A stretch of DNA of 64,000 bases from an uncultured archaeon (lineage in GTDB: Archaea; Asgardarchaeota; Lokiarchaeia; Sigyniarchaeales; SOKP01). Below, piece after piece: positions 9,433 through 19,770 of the stretch. The stretch spans positions 1,156-65,155 of the forward strand of contig CAYUTF010000006.1 of assembly GCA_964447495.1 (NCBI GenBank), in the 5' to 3' direction. Position 1 is the first letter of the stretch. Each line of letters begins with the position of its first letter. The notes beneath the pieces are model-generated. The model made no database searches. It was given only the letters and a program-made list of their open reading frames with translations, and was not told where the DNA came from. Position numbers and translations under genes: made by a program.

Positions 9433-9705
9433 ATTCCAAAGAAAAGAAGAAGTGGTGGAAAAAGCGGTTCTAGCAAGGGACATTATGCCCGAGTGCAATG
9501 TAGTAATTGCGGGAGGTTTGTTGCTAGAAGCAAGGCAAAAGCAGTTACTAGGAGAGTCTCTTTAGTGGATGGACGTATGTATACAGAATTAAAGAAAACT
9601 GGAACGATTATCCAAGCCCCAACTAAGACACAATATTTTTGTATCAGTTGTGCGGTCCATGGACACCAAATTAGTCAACGAGATAAAAATTTAAGAAAAA
9701 CTTAA
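9433..9705 (+). CDS. rps26e: 30S ribosomal protein eS26
   Basis: CSNCGRFV...YFCISCAVHG matches eS26. The conserved N-terminus (M)PKKRRSGGKSGSSKGH is encoded in frame upstream of the track's GTG at 9493. The only start candidate right before PKKRR is ATT 9433, with a stop at 9418-9420. Confidence 0.8.
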   Translation: MPKKRRSGGKSGSSKGHYARVQCSNCGRFVARSKAKAVTRRVSLVDGRMYTELKKTGTIIQAPTKTQYFCISCAVHGHQISQRDKNLRKT

Positions 9706-9839
9706 TTGTATTTTGTATTTTTTAAGAAAATTAGTCAGTATATTTCTAATTTCAGTTAGTTTCTTTTTTGTCATAAATGAACACTATATGGCAATAACCT
9801 TTCCCAAAAATTAAATTTGTTATTGCTTTATTTAAATAA

Positions 9840-11834
9840 TTATAGATTAAGTGCTTTGAAAAAAGCGGGTAAAGAATAGATAATTTCACACTCATTCTTT
9901 TTAGTTATTTCAATAATCGCACGAATTAAATAGCTATCTTTCAATTCATCACTTGGTTTATAAATTTTTGCTGTTGCTGTTGGCTTTAACTTAAGAGTAT
10001 AATTTTCCGCTATTCCGGTAATATTTTCTTCTGTATTTAGGATAAGCCCTAATAATCCTAATTCATAATGGGACACAATAAAAAGAATTTGATCTTGATC
10101 ACCATATTTTTCAAAATGAACCACTTCCAATTCATCTTCCTGAAGTTCTTTAGGAAATCTAGAGAAGGGGATAATCTTTCTTTTTCCTGATATGTAAGGA
10201 AAATCAGTGTAAAAAAGTAAATTAAAACTTGATATCTTCTTGATTTGTTCATTATATTTTTCTACGTCTTTAACGGAATAAGCTTTGTCAAGCAATACAT
10301 CCAATTTATCAATCATAATATCTTCTGCAGAATATCCATTTAGTACTGTTGCTATATACGCTCTTTTTAATTTTTCAATTAATGTATCGCTCCTCACATT
10401 CAGATTATAATCAATACTTAATTCGAGAGCCTCATTATACAGATTTACAGCTATTTGTGAATGCCCTAATGCTAAAAAGTAATCACCTAGTTCACTAAAG
10501 ACGATGATTGCATCTAGAAAATCTTTTTCAAAATCTATTTTTGAAATTTCTTCCATGATCGTTATCGCTGTTTCAGTTTCCTCACCTTGGATATATAATG
10601 AAATTGCTTTACCAATTAAGCATTTTAATTTTAATTTTTCATCATTGTAAATATCTGATAATTCTTCCGTAAAATTATAAGCCATAATCGCATCATCATA
10701 GAGTCCGTGAAATAGTAATATTAACGCTTTTACATAGTTAAGAGTTAAACAAGTTTGTTGATTACGAATTATTGTAGAAAATAATGCAGCCCTCTCAATG
10801 GAATCAATTGCAGAATTGATTCTACCTAAAGAAACCAAAATAAATGCCCGGAGGAACTCCATTTTACTTATTTCTGAACAGATTAATTTCTCTACTATTT
10901 CATAACTCTTTTGATTAGTAAGTTGCCCAGCAGCTAATTGGAGAAGAGAAATCAAAAATCCATTTCCTTTTTTTAAAAACTTTGCTGCTTCCTTAGAATC
11001 ATTTTTTATAATCGAATCCCGTGCTCTTTTTAAATATTCACGAGAAATTTTTAAATTTTCAAGAAAGTTAACAATATCTTGGATTTTCTCCTCTTCTTTT
11101 GATGAAAGCTTGTGATCTTCAATATATTTTTCAGCAATCGCAATTTCTTTTTCATACTTTTTCATTCCAATCTGAAATTTAACTTTAGTAGCTTTTTTAT
11201 CAACATATTCAGCATCTTGGGTTAGAATTGAGCTTTCTGTAACACTTATAGCTTTTTCAAGCAACCATGTAATTTTTGACTCTGCAGGATAAACTTTTGA
11301 TCTTTGAAGCATATACGAGAGTGTATAATTTAAGCTTTTCTTCCACAAATTATTGAAATAATTTCTTAATTGTTTATTAGGTATTGTTCTTTGGATTTTT
11401 AAAAGGAAACTTGATAATGATAAGGTTTCAACTTTACCATGGAATATTAGATTTGTATTTTTGATGAGTTTGAAATCATCAGATACCAAATAAATTAGAG
11501 TTTTATTTTCTTCATCCATTAGACGGTCCGCAAGGACAATTAATGACAAGTCAGGATCTTGTGCTGGAAATCGAATATTATGCATCATTAGTTCTGTTTT
11601 GATATTGTCAATTTCAGAATCAAGAATTTTTTCGATATTCATGATTTTTGCTAATCTTTCTTTATAAGTAAGGGGTGCTTTTATCTCATTAAAAACCGTT
11701 TCAGATATATAGTACTCAAAACCAAGCTGTTCTGATACTTCTTGTAAATTATCTAAAATGTGGCGTACTCTGATAGATAATAACATAATGAAGAAGTTTG
11801 CATCAAAAATGATCAATTCTTTTTTTTTAGGCAT
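9840..11834 (-). CDS. PIN-domain nuclease fused to a long TPR-like helical-repeat region
   Basis: The N-terminus has PIN acidic residues in the canonical order (IIFDANFF, ISETV, DPDLSLI, VSDDF). The C-terminal ~450 aa show repeated A/Y/L helical-pair patterns. Confidence 0.55.
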   Translation of the reverse strand: MPKKKELIIFDANFFIMLLSIRVRHILDNLQEVSEQLGFEYYISETVFNEIKAPLTYKERLAKIMNIEKILDSEIDNIKTELMMHNIRFPAQDPDLSLIVLADRLMDEENKTLIYLVSDDFKLIKNTNLIFHGKVETLSLSSFLLKIQRTIPNKQLRNYFNNLWKKSLNYTLSYMLQRSKVYPAESKITWLLEKAISVTESSILTQDAEYVDKKATKVKFQIGMKKYEKEIAIAEKYIEDHKLSSKEEEKIQDIVNFLENLKISREYLKRARDSIIKNDSKEAAKFLKKGNGFLISLLQLAAGQLTNQKSYEIVEKLICSEISKMEFLRAFILVSLGRINSAIDSIERAALFSTIIRNQQTCLTLNYVKALILLFHGLYDDAIMAYNFTEELSDIYNDEKLKLKCLIGKAISLYIQGEETETAITIMEEISKIDFEKDFLDAIIVFSELGDYFLALGHSQIAVNLYNEALELSIDYNLNVRSDTLIEKLKRAYIATVLNGYSAEDIMIDKLDVLLDKAYSVKDVEKYNEQIKKISSFNLLFYTDFPYISGKRKIIPFSRFPKELQEDELEVVHFEKYGDQDQILFIVSHYELGLLGLILNTEENITGIAENYTLKLKPTATAKIYKPSDELKDSYLIRAIIEITKKNECEIIYSLPAFFKALNL

Positions 11835-12028
11835 TTTTATCTCTCATTAGGATTGATAATAGGTCCACCAATGGATAGGATTTAATTGCTAATATTATAG
11901 TTTTATTGTTTTTATTGTTTTGTTAATGATAAAAAATCATAAGCGATTAATTTAGGTTTTTTAAAGAGTACTATCTTATCTTAATTTATTATCATATTTT
12001 TGAAAAAGAATGAAATAATTGATATTTT

Positions 12029-12532
12029 ATGAAAATTATAAGTCTAATTGGATATTCTGGTTCAGGGAAAACACATTTCATTGTCAAGGCAATAGAGATG
12101 TTAAAATCTGAATTTAATCTTAATATTATAGTAATTAAGAATGTACACACCCACAAACTAGATATTGAGGGTAAAGATTCATATGAATTTTCAAAAGCAG
12201 GAGCAGATTTTTCAATAATTAAAAATAAATATAATAAATTAGCCGTTTTTTTCAAAAAGGAATTAGAAGTTAACGATATTATTGATTGGATTTTAAAACT
12301 CTCTAATGATATTGATTTAGCTTTTATAGAAGGATTTAGAGAGGAAAAATATCCTGGAATATTATGTGCAAAGAATATTGAGGATGTTATTCCTCAATTG
12401 AACCCAAATATTAAAATGATATCTGGTTTAATCTCTGTTGATAATAATACTATAAAATCTGAAGAAGGGGTTCCAATTATTAATATAGAAAAGAATTTTC
12501 ACACATTTTTAGAAATATTTAATATTAAATAA
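12029..12532 (+). CDS. mobB: molybdopterin-guanine dinucleotide biosynthesis adapter MobB-like P-loop protein
   Basis: MKIISLIGYSGSGKTHF...VIKNVHTHKLDIEGKDSYEFSKAGA matches the MobB pattern. Confidence 0.65.
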   Translation: MKIISLIGYSGSGKTHFIVKAIEMLKSEFNLNIIVIKNVHTHKLDIEGKDSYEFSKAGADFSIIKNKYNKLAVFFKKELEVNDIIDWILKLSNDIDLAFIEGFREEKYPGILCAKNIEDVIPQLNPNIKMISGLISVDNNTIKSEEGVPIINIEKNFHTFLEIFNIK

Positions 12533-12547
12533 ATATGAAAATAGTAT

Positions 12548-14470
12548 TTAGTTATCCTTTATCCAATATTGAGCTAATTGCTGACAAGCTAATTGTAATT
12601 CATTTTTGAATTTAAAATTTGAATTTTCTTTCAAAAAAGATTGAGTTAATACTTGAAGAGCCTCGTCTTTATTCGAATGATCTTTTATAGAATTTTGTAT
12701 ATTATTAATGAAATTGGTCAGTGGAATTATTATTTCATTGATTAACCAATCTTCAAAGAGTTGCTGATCACTATAGGATTGAAAATTATATGTAATAACG
12801 AATCTTACGATATCTTGAAAACTATAAAAATACTTATCAGGAATATTAATATTATGAGGCTCCAATTCCTTTTTTAATGAATCCTTATTAAGACTTATAA
12901 GATAATCGGGCCATACGTCATCAGAAACGTTTAAATCTTGGAATATAAATAATTCTAATACTCTCAATGCAATATTTTTCCCAACATACCTACTTCGGGG
13001 ATCTAAAAAATTAACTGATGCTTGTTCTGGCATTTTCCTAATAAAGATTTTGTCAATCAAGGTGTAAAGCATCCGGCATATGTGGTCAATAATTATATTA
13101 AAAGTAATAATTCCATTCTTCGGATTTTCTGACAAAATTTCATTTTCTTTTTCTATAAGTGTTGAGATATTAAAATTTAAGCTTCTTAGAAATGTTTTAA
13201 AGAAATCATAATTAACATGAGACAATTCTAAATTAAATATTTTCTGAAAAATTAGATTCACCACATCTCCATTTGAAATTAGAGAAAAATAATCCATAAA
13301 GCTTTCAATAGATTTGATTGAGTTTGCGCTAATGACTATATTAGATACCTTATTATGTTCATTTAATATCTTTTTGAATCTTTCGGGTAATAATAATAAA
13401 TCTCCTACTTCTAATGCTTCGAGACTACCGCTCCCAAAGTAATATTTCATATATAATAAAAATAAATTAAACTGTGATTTGGTTGAGGGTAAATTGTTTG
13501 CTTGAAAAGTTGAATATAAAGTTGATTTCTTATCCAAAATATCAAAAATTCTCAGTAATGAATTTTTTTTTTCTTCAGAATAATTAAAATTAACAAGAAA
13601 TTCTTTTTTAATTACATCTAACTTTGAATAGATAGAATCCTCGACTCTTGCGCACACGAAATTAAGAAAATCAAGTAAGGGAGAAAAATTTTGCAAAAGA
13701 TTACATTTTTTATAGAAATAATATAATAAATCGACAAGCTTTTCCTTTGCAAAAGGATATTGTTCTAAAGCTAACTGATACAATTTTTTTCGACCCATTA
13801 GTAACTTCTCTAAATAAACCTCTGGGACATCTTTAAAATATTTAAGGAAGTAAAAAAGGAACATATAATAATAATTTTGAAACGTTTCATCTTTACTATT
13901 TTTAATAACAATAAAAAAACTAATAGTTTTTCCCTCTTCACCATTTCTAATTACAGCTCCATCAAGAATAATATAAAACTTTTCTTGAAGTAACTTTCTA
14001 ATTACAACACCTAAAATTGATACAATAAGATAGAAATATCCAAAAGGAGATGCTACTCCATTTAGTTTATCGTTCTGACTCTCTGAAATTTCTCTAAAAA
14101 TTGAAATTTCTTCATTAGATAAATGATAATCGTATTCAAAAAATAAAGTTTCATCTGAGATTTTTTCCCGATTTACTAATTCTAACTGTTCTTGTTTAAA
14201 TCCACAGAAGCGGTGTAAATAAAGCTTAAAATATTCATGAAAAGTTTGATAGAAAAACGTAGTATAAGTTTTTTTTATCAATCGTTTTTGATTTTTGTAT
14301 TGGAATTCTTCCCATTCTGATATAATAATACTTTTAAATTTGCTAAAATCAATGTTATTTTCATTTAAAATTTCGAAAAAAATGTTTGAATTAAAATTAA
14401 GTGTCAAACCTTGAGTACTAGCCTTGTTCCCAATTAATTCCAAGATATCTTTCAAATTTTTTTTGACCAC
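12548..14470 (-). CDS. hypothetical protein (640 aa, no recognisable motif)
   Basis: It is a long uninterrupted ORF with a GTG start after AGGA. It looks helical, and I recognise no domain. Confidence 0.5.
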   Translation of the reverse strand: MVKKNLKDILELIGNKASTQGLTLNFNSNIFFEILNENNIDFSKFKSIIISEWEEFQYKNQKRLIKKTYTTFFYQTFHEYFKLYLHRFCGFKQEQLELVNREKISDETLFFEYDYHLSNEEISIFREISESQNDKLNGVASPFGYFYLIVSILGVVIRKLLQEKFYIILDGAVIRNGEEGKTISFFIVIKNSKDETFQNYYYMFLFYFLKYFKDVPEVYLEKLLMGRKKLYQLALEQYPFAKEKLVDLLYYFYKKCNLLQNFSPLLDFLNFVCARVEDSIYSKLDVIKKEFLVNFNYSEEKKNSLLRIFDILDKKSTLYSTFQANNLPSTKSQFNLFLLYMKYYFGSGSLEALEVGDLLLLPERFKKILNEHNKVSNIVISANSIKSIESFMDYFSLISNGDVVNLIFQKIFNLELSHVNYDFFKTFLRSLNFNISTLIEKENEILSENPKNGIITFNIIIDHICRMLYTLIDKIFIRKMPEQASVNFLDPRSRYVGKNIALRVLELFIFQDLNVSDDVWPDYLISLNKDSLKKELEPHNINIPDKYFYSFQDIVRFVITYNFQSYSDQQLFEDWLINEIIIPLTNFINNIQNSIKDHSNKDEALQVLTQSFLKENSNFKFKNELQLACQQLAQYWIKDN

Positions 14471-14640
14471 TTTAATTCCTACATTTTTTAATTGAAAATT
14501 AAACTAACCCGAATCAACCCGTAAAATTAAGTCACAAAGATATATATTTAATGAAATTAAGAAAATAAAAATATTAGCTACAAGAAAAAAAACATCATAA
14601 ATTTCCGAATTAATAATTAATCCAACTCAATGAAATTAAA

Positions 14641-15690
14641 TTAATTATAAATTTTAATGATCTCATCTGTTTCTGAGTAAATTAAAGGTCTAACTTTACC
14701 ATTCTCAGATTTAACTACTAATTCTTTGTTTTTTGTAATATTTCCTATCTTTTCACTCCCAATTTTATTATTACTTAAAAAATCAATCAAATCTGATGAA
14801 TCCTTATCATCTATAGTGAGAAGTAGTGATCCAGAAGATATAGTGTTCATTGGGTTAAGATGAAAGATTTTACTTAACTCTAGAGACTCTGGTAATATTA
14901 AAATATTTTGATAATTAATACTTGCTCCTGTATCTGAAGCAATAGCTATTTCAGCAATTCCACAATATAAACCTCCCTCGGTAGGATCGTGCATTGAGTT
15001 AACCTTAAATTCTAAATTTGCTAGAGACGCTTCCTTATAAACACTAATTCCAGGATTGTAGAGATAATTCTTACATCTATTAATAAAATTTGAATCATAT
15101 CCCATTTCCAATAATAATCCTTCCTTTTCTCTCCCGATTATAGAGGTACCTTCAATGAAAATTCCCTTAGTTAAAATGATCGCATCACCAGGTTGGGCAC
15201 CTGATGTTAAAACAAGCTTATCTTTTTCTACTTCTCCAAGTAAAGAGCCCACTATGATGGGTCTAACTAATCCGCTTGTCACCTCAGTATGGCCTCCAAT
15301 AACACTTATTCCAAATTCTCTACATGTATCATGTATATTTTTAAAAATAGATTCGACTAATTCTTCATTCGTGGATTTTTCAGGTAGTAGAATTGTTGAT
15401 TGAAACCATTTAGGTGTAGCTCCCGTACATATAATATCATTAACATTCACATTAACCGCATAGTATCCAATATCATCGGTAACAAATGTGATAGGATCCG
15501 TTTTAGCTATTAAAAAAGTATCTCCCATATCAATAACTGCCGCATCTTCTCCAATTTTGGAACCTTGTATAATTCTTTTATCCTTAATTTCTAAATCTGA
15601 AATATAATTTGCTATAATTTTTGCTATTGTATTATGCTTAAGTTTTCCAACTTTGAGATTTCGATTCTTCTTATCATTCATACTTCTCAT
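14641..15690 (-). CDS. AIR synthase-related protein (PurM/HypE/ThiL superfamily)
   Basis: GEDAAVID...AKTDP...NVNDIICTGATP and GGHTE motifs are present. Confidence 0.7.
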   Translation of the reverse strand: MRSMNDKKNRNLKVGKLKHNTIAKIIANYISDLEIKDKRIIQGSKIGEDAAVIDMGDTFLIAKTDPITFVTDDIGYYAVNVNVNDIICTGATPKWFQSTILLPEKSTNEELVESIFKNIHDTCREFGISVIGGHTEVTSGLVRPIIVGSLLGEVEKDKLVLTSGAQPGDAIILTKGIFIEGTSIIGREKEGLLLEMGYDSNFINRCKNYLYNPGISVYKEASLANLEFKVNSMHDPTEGGLYCGIAEIAIASDTGASINYQNILILPESLELSKIFHLNPMNTISSGSLLLTIDDKDSSDLIDFLSNNKIGSEKIGNITKNKELVVKSENGKVRPLIYSETDEIIKIYN

Positions 15691-15838
15691 TTAACATTGA
15701 TGAATCTTATCGAATATTATAAACAATTATGAAATATTGACTTAAACTTAATAACTTTAAATATATTTAAATAAATATTGTTTTCTAGTTTATTCATATG
15801 ATTAGAAAAATAAAGAATTTAAACGATTATTACAGAGT

Positions 15839-16372
15839 TTGAAAAAAATGGGATTTGGAAAAGCATTTGGTTTTAGTTTGATTGCATTTATTGGTATTAA
15901 TTTCTTATTTGTTATTATTGCAGAAACAATTACCGGTGGTCTCAATACTCTATTCTCGGATATAACATTGAATCCTTTAGTTTTACTTTTTATCTTTTTT
16001 GGACCAATAGTCTATATGCCTGGAATGGTTATTCAAGGTATTTATGTATCTGTTACTTTTGGTGTTTATGATATCACGTTTATTGGTTTAATGGTGCAAT
16101 TAATTGGAAGTATTGTTGCCCCCTTGATAGCTGCTTTGATTGCGGGGAAAACGGGTGAGACTAAAGCTGGAAGTTTAGGCGGATGGTTTCTTACTGCAAT
16201 TGTAAGTAGTTTAGCTATAGGGTTACTAGTATTTATCAATCCGGCAATTTTAGCATATTATGGCTTACCTCCTACAATAGATACGTTTGTTACGTCTTTA
16301 TTAGGGGGAGTTGTGAATGGTATATTCTATGGTGCATTTGCTCTGTTATTTACTAGAATAGCACCTTATTAA
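15839..16372 (+). CDS. integral membrane protein
   Basis: It has several hydrophobic, Gly-rich TM segments. The start is uncertain (TTG 15839 or ATG 15848). Confidence 0.45.
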   Translation: MKKMGFGKAFGFSLIAFIGINFLFVIIAETITGGLNTLFSDITLNPLVLLFIFFGPIVYMPGMVIQGIYVSVTFGVYDITFIGLMVQLIGSIVAPLIAALIAGKTGETKAGSLGGWFLTAIVSSLAIGLLVFINPAILAYYGLPPTIDTFVTSLLGGVVNGIFYGAFALLFTRIAPY

Positions 16373-16458
16373 AAAGTCATAAAATAAATATAATTTTTTT
16401 TGTTTCATTTTTTATATTTTATCTTCTTCATTTTTCCGATTAACTATCGCATTAATGG

Positions 16459-17481
16459 TTATTTTTTATTAGAATTCGGTTTATGAGCAAATATAAAATA
16501 GATTCCAAATATAAGATTAAAGAACATGAATATGATAAAGATTCCCGCTTCTTGGAGTATAAGAAAGTGCTCAATGTCAGCTTTATCGAATATTTTTGAA
16601 ACTTGTACATATAATTTCATAATAATTAAAAAAATCGCGATTGTGTCTGCTCGAAAGACTTTTAACTTATCCTCTAAATAATCTACTCGGTCATAAATAG
16701 AACCTATAATATAAAAGAACAAAAGCAAGTCGATTAAGAAGGAGATAAGTACATAAAATGGAAGTTCTGATTCGGAACTATAGAGTTTACCAAAAAAGAA
16801 GTCTAAAATAATGTAAATTACATAGAAAAATGCTAAGAGAAAGAAGAATGTAATATATGCTGCGAACTTTTTTGTTATTAACAGGCGGAGAAAAACAATT
16901 ACCATAAGAAATAAGTTAGTCCATAATATGATCCGAAGGATATTGGCGGCTACTTGAGTGAATAGAGTCAAATTTTTGGTAATAAAACCTACAAAAAAGA
17001 TCATTACAAGCCAATTAAAAATTCCAAAAAGTATAAAGGCTAGTGTTCTTAATACTTTTCCAGCTTTCTTTCTTTTATATAAATAATCGTCACATTTTAT
17101 TGATGTATCCATACACATCTTAAAAGCAAAAAAGGCAGTAAAAAAGAGATTTACATTAATCGATATTAGGTAAAATAAGGTAAAAGTAGGCAGAAATATT
17201 GATTCTCTAAAGAAAATAGCAATAATGAAGGCTAATATAAAAGCTACAACCAAATAAATTTTCTTAATTTTATCAAATGGTTTAAAAAATGAGAAAATAA
17301 ATAAAAAAATATTAAATCCAATTAATATAGAACCAAGGAATATTAATGTGTTGCTTAAAACAATATTATGTATGAATTCTCTTTCAAGAAGAATTCCTAC
17401 CCATATTATGATAAATGAAAAAATAATTAGCAAATAAATCGGACGTTTAAAAATCCCCTTTAAGCCGGAAATAAACCTCAT
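16459..17481 (-). CDS. integral membrane protein (polytopic)
   Basis: There are about 9-10 hydrophobic segments throughout and no recognised family. Confidence 0.5.
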   Translation of the reverse strand: MRFISGLKGIFKRPIYLLIIFSFIIIWVGILLEREFIHNIVLSNTLIFLGSILIGFNIFLFIFSFFKPFDKIKKIYLVVAFILAFIIAIFFRESIFLPTFTLFYLISINVNLFFTAFFAFKMCMDTSIKCDDYLYKRKKAGKVLRTLAFILFGIFNWLVMIFFVGFITKNLTLFTQVAANILRIILWTNLFLMVIVFLRLLITKKFAAYITFFFLLAFFYVIYIILDFFFGKLYSSESELPFYVLISFLIDLLLFFYIIGSIYDRVDYLEDKLKVFRADTIAIFLIIMKLYVQVSKIFDKADIEHFLILQEAGIFIIFMFFNLIFGIYFIFAHKPNSNKK

Positions 17482-17784
17482 AATTATTCATTACTTTATT
17501 TCATTAATTTGAATATTTCCTAAATCATATTTTAATCTTTACTTTGTCAAGAAGTAGAGATTTTAGGTTTTTATTAATCAGTTAATATAGTAATTACTCT
17601 CAATTTAATATAAGAAAAATAATAGTATATGTAAAATTTGAGTAAATAGCGTGAATTACTCTCAAAAATGTAGAATTTTTACATAGAAAATATGTGATTC
17701 CGACAAAAATGAGAGAGGATAGGTAATCTCGGGAATTTATAATCTTGAATTTTTTTAATAAAAGGAGTTTAAGAGCGTATAATA

Positions 17785-18129
17785 ATGAGTTCAGGTAAAG
17801 TAGAGTTTAATTCAAACACAAAAATTAATAAAGTTGATTCTGTAGGATTTCTACCAAATTCCTCTTTTGAACAAGATTATAATGAAAATATAGAGATTAC
17901 TGAACTAAAATCCTTAAACTGTATATCGATTATTAATGATTATAGTAATTATGGTTTCCCAGCTGTTAAGAAAAATATCGAAGAATTTTATTACAAGGCA
18001 TTAAAAATTCATTTAATTCTTTTAAACAATGACAATCTAACAAATAATCAGAAGCTGAATTATTGCAAATTAGGAAGGACTTACATGAAACTATATTTAA
18101 AAGAAATTGTCAAAAAAAATTTCATTTAA
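17785..18129 (+). CDS. hypothetical protein
   Basis: The ORF has an AGGAG-like motif upstream (aaaggagtttaag) and no recognisable motif. Confidence 0.3.
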   Translation: MSSGKVEFNSNTKINKVDSVGFLPNSSFEQDYNENIEITELKSLNCISIINDYSNYGFPAVKKNIEEFYYKALKIHLILLNNDNLTNNQKLNYCKLGRTYMKLYLKEIVKKNFI

Positions 18130-18145
18130 ACACAAATCATTAATC

Positions 18146-19657
18146 TTAGATTTTTTTAGAGTTTAAAAATTCTGCATAATCGCATAATAAAGATATACTC
18201 TTTGCTGAATCTCTTAAATTAAAATAGTAAAGAATTCTTTCTTTGTGCAATATCTTTTTAGCTGAAGCAAACCTCTGAGAAAGCTCAAGTGAATCAGCTA
18301 TGCTTGGCATACAAATTATAAATGGTTTTTGAGTTGTTTTCTGAATTATTGTCATTCTTTTGAAAACATGACTATATATAAAGTGAGGCCAAAGTGGAAT
18401 AACTATAATATCAATATTCGGATCGTCCTTTACAACGTCAATACAATTAATTAAAACATCGACCACAAATCCAAGAGCACCGAGATCTACGGGATTTTTT
18501 ATATTTACATTTTCATATGGCAAGATGTTACTTAATTTTTCTTGCGATTCTTTTGTAAGCGGAGGAATAGTCAAATTATAGGAATTAAATAAATCGGTTG
18601 TATTGACTGAAGAGCCTCCACCAGGAGTTACAATACCAACTTTTCTTCCTTTAGGTAAATATTTTGGATATAATAATTCAAATGTTTTGATAGTGTTCCA
18701 AAATTCCTCATTATCATGAATTATAACAGCACCTGCCTGTTTTGTCATAGTGTTCCATAAACGAAAATCACTAGAAATCGCACCAGTATGCGAAAATGCG
18801 GCACGAGAACCATCTGAAGTATAACCCCCTTTCCAAATGATTACTGGTTTATTTATCGTTGCTTTTTTAAGTTCTTGATAAAAATCATATCCATTGCCTG
18901 ATCCAAAAGATTCTAAATAGGCTGCAATGATCTTAGTTTTTTGATCTTTGCGATAAAACTTTAAAAAATCAATAGAGTTTAAATCTATTTGGTTTCCAAA
19001 TGAAATACCATACCTAAATCTGATATCACGCCTAAATCCCGCGTCAATCAACTGGTTTAAATGCCCACCAGATTGAGACATGAATGAAACATTTCCAGGT
19101 ATTCCTTTTGGAGTGCTAAAAGAAAAAGCCATCCCAATTGAACCATTAAAAGGACCTAAACAATTTGGCCCTATGACTCGGGTATTAGAATTCTTAACTA
19201 AATCTTTAACGCAACGCTCTAATCTTAAACCTTCTTCGTCTCCAGTTTCAGAAAATCCAGAAGAGAAGATAATAACCCATTTAATATTTTTTTGGATACA
19301 TTCTTCAAGAACTTCAGGTATAAACTTTGTTTTCACAGAAATATAAGCAGTATCAACAGGGAAAGGAATTTCTAACACTGAATGATAACATTTCCAGTTG
19401 AGGATTCTGTCATATTTTGGGTTTACAGGATAAAATGTATTGGCCCAAATTGACTTTTTAAATGCTGATAGATATAACATCGACCCAAATTTGGATTTCT
19501 CAGATGCTCCAATAAATGCTATATGTTTTGGATGAAAGAGTGAATCAAAATCATTAGGTTTATTATCCATTAATTTAGAAAATATATGAGTAATTATATG
19601 TTTTTTGAAATTATTTACCGAGGTGAGGTCTTTCTTTTCCAAGAGATTAAAAAACAA
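18146..19657 (-). CDS. ADP-forming acetyl-CoA synthetase alpha-type / CoA-binding protein
   Basis: LFHPKHIAFIGAS, YPVNPK, IIFSSGFSETG and VIGPNCLG motifs are present. The internal ATG at 19570 (MDNKPNDFDSLFHPK) is the more likely start by comparison with known ACD N-termini. Confidence 0.75.
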   Translation of the reverse strand: MFFNLLEKKDLTSVNNFKKHIITHIFSKLMDNKPNDFDSLFHPKHIAFIGASEKSKFGSMLYLSAFKKSIWANTFYPVNPKYDRILNWKCYHSVLEIPFPVDTAYISVKTKFIPEVLEECIQKNIKWVIIFSSGFSETGDEEGLRLERCVKDLVKNSNTRVIGPNCLGPFNGSIGMAFSFSTPKGIPGNVSFMSQSGGHLNQLIDAGFRRDIRFRYGISFGNQIDLNSIDFLKFYRKDQKTKIIAAYLESFGSGNGYDFYQELKKATINKPVIIWKGGYTSDGSRAAFSHTGAISSDFRLWNTMTKQAGAVIIHDNEEFWNTIKTFELLYPKYLPKGRKVGIVTPGGGSSVNTTDLFNSYNLTIPPLTKESQEKLSNILPYENVNIKNPVDLGALGFVVDVLINCIDVVKDDPNIDIIVIPLWPHFIYSHVFKRMTIIQKTTQKPFIICMPSIADSLELSQRFASAKKILHKERILYYFNLRDSAKSISLLCDYAEFLNSKKI

Positions 19658-19770
19658 TTCACAAAAAATTCAAAAAATTCTAATTGTACCCTTTCAAAAA
19701 TTTTTAATGTAAAATACTATTAGTCTAGTTATTATTATATCGAATAATTAAGCAATTTGGAGAATATGAA

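Noticed and set aside
19570-19657. The 29-codon N-terminal extension of the acetyl-CoA synthetase-like ORF, considered as a targeting or extra domain.
   Set aside because: Known ACD alpha subunits start about 8-10 residues before the LF-x-PK-x-IA-x-IGAS motif. The internal ATG 19570 gives exactly that, so the extension is probably not translated.
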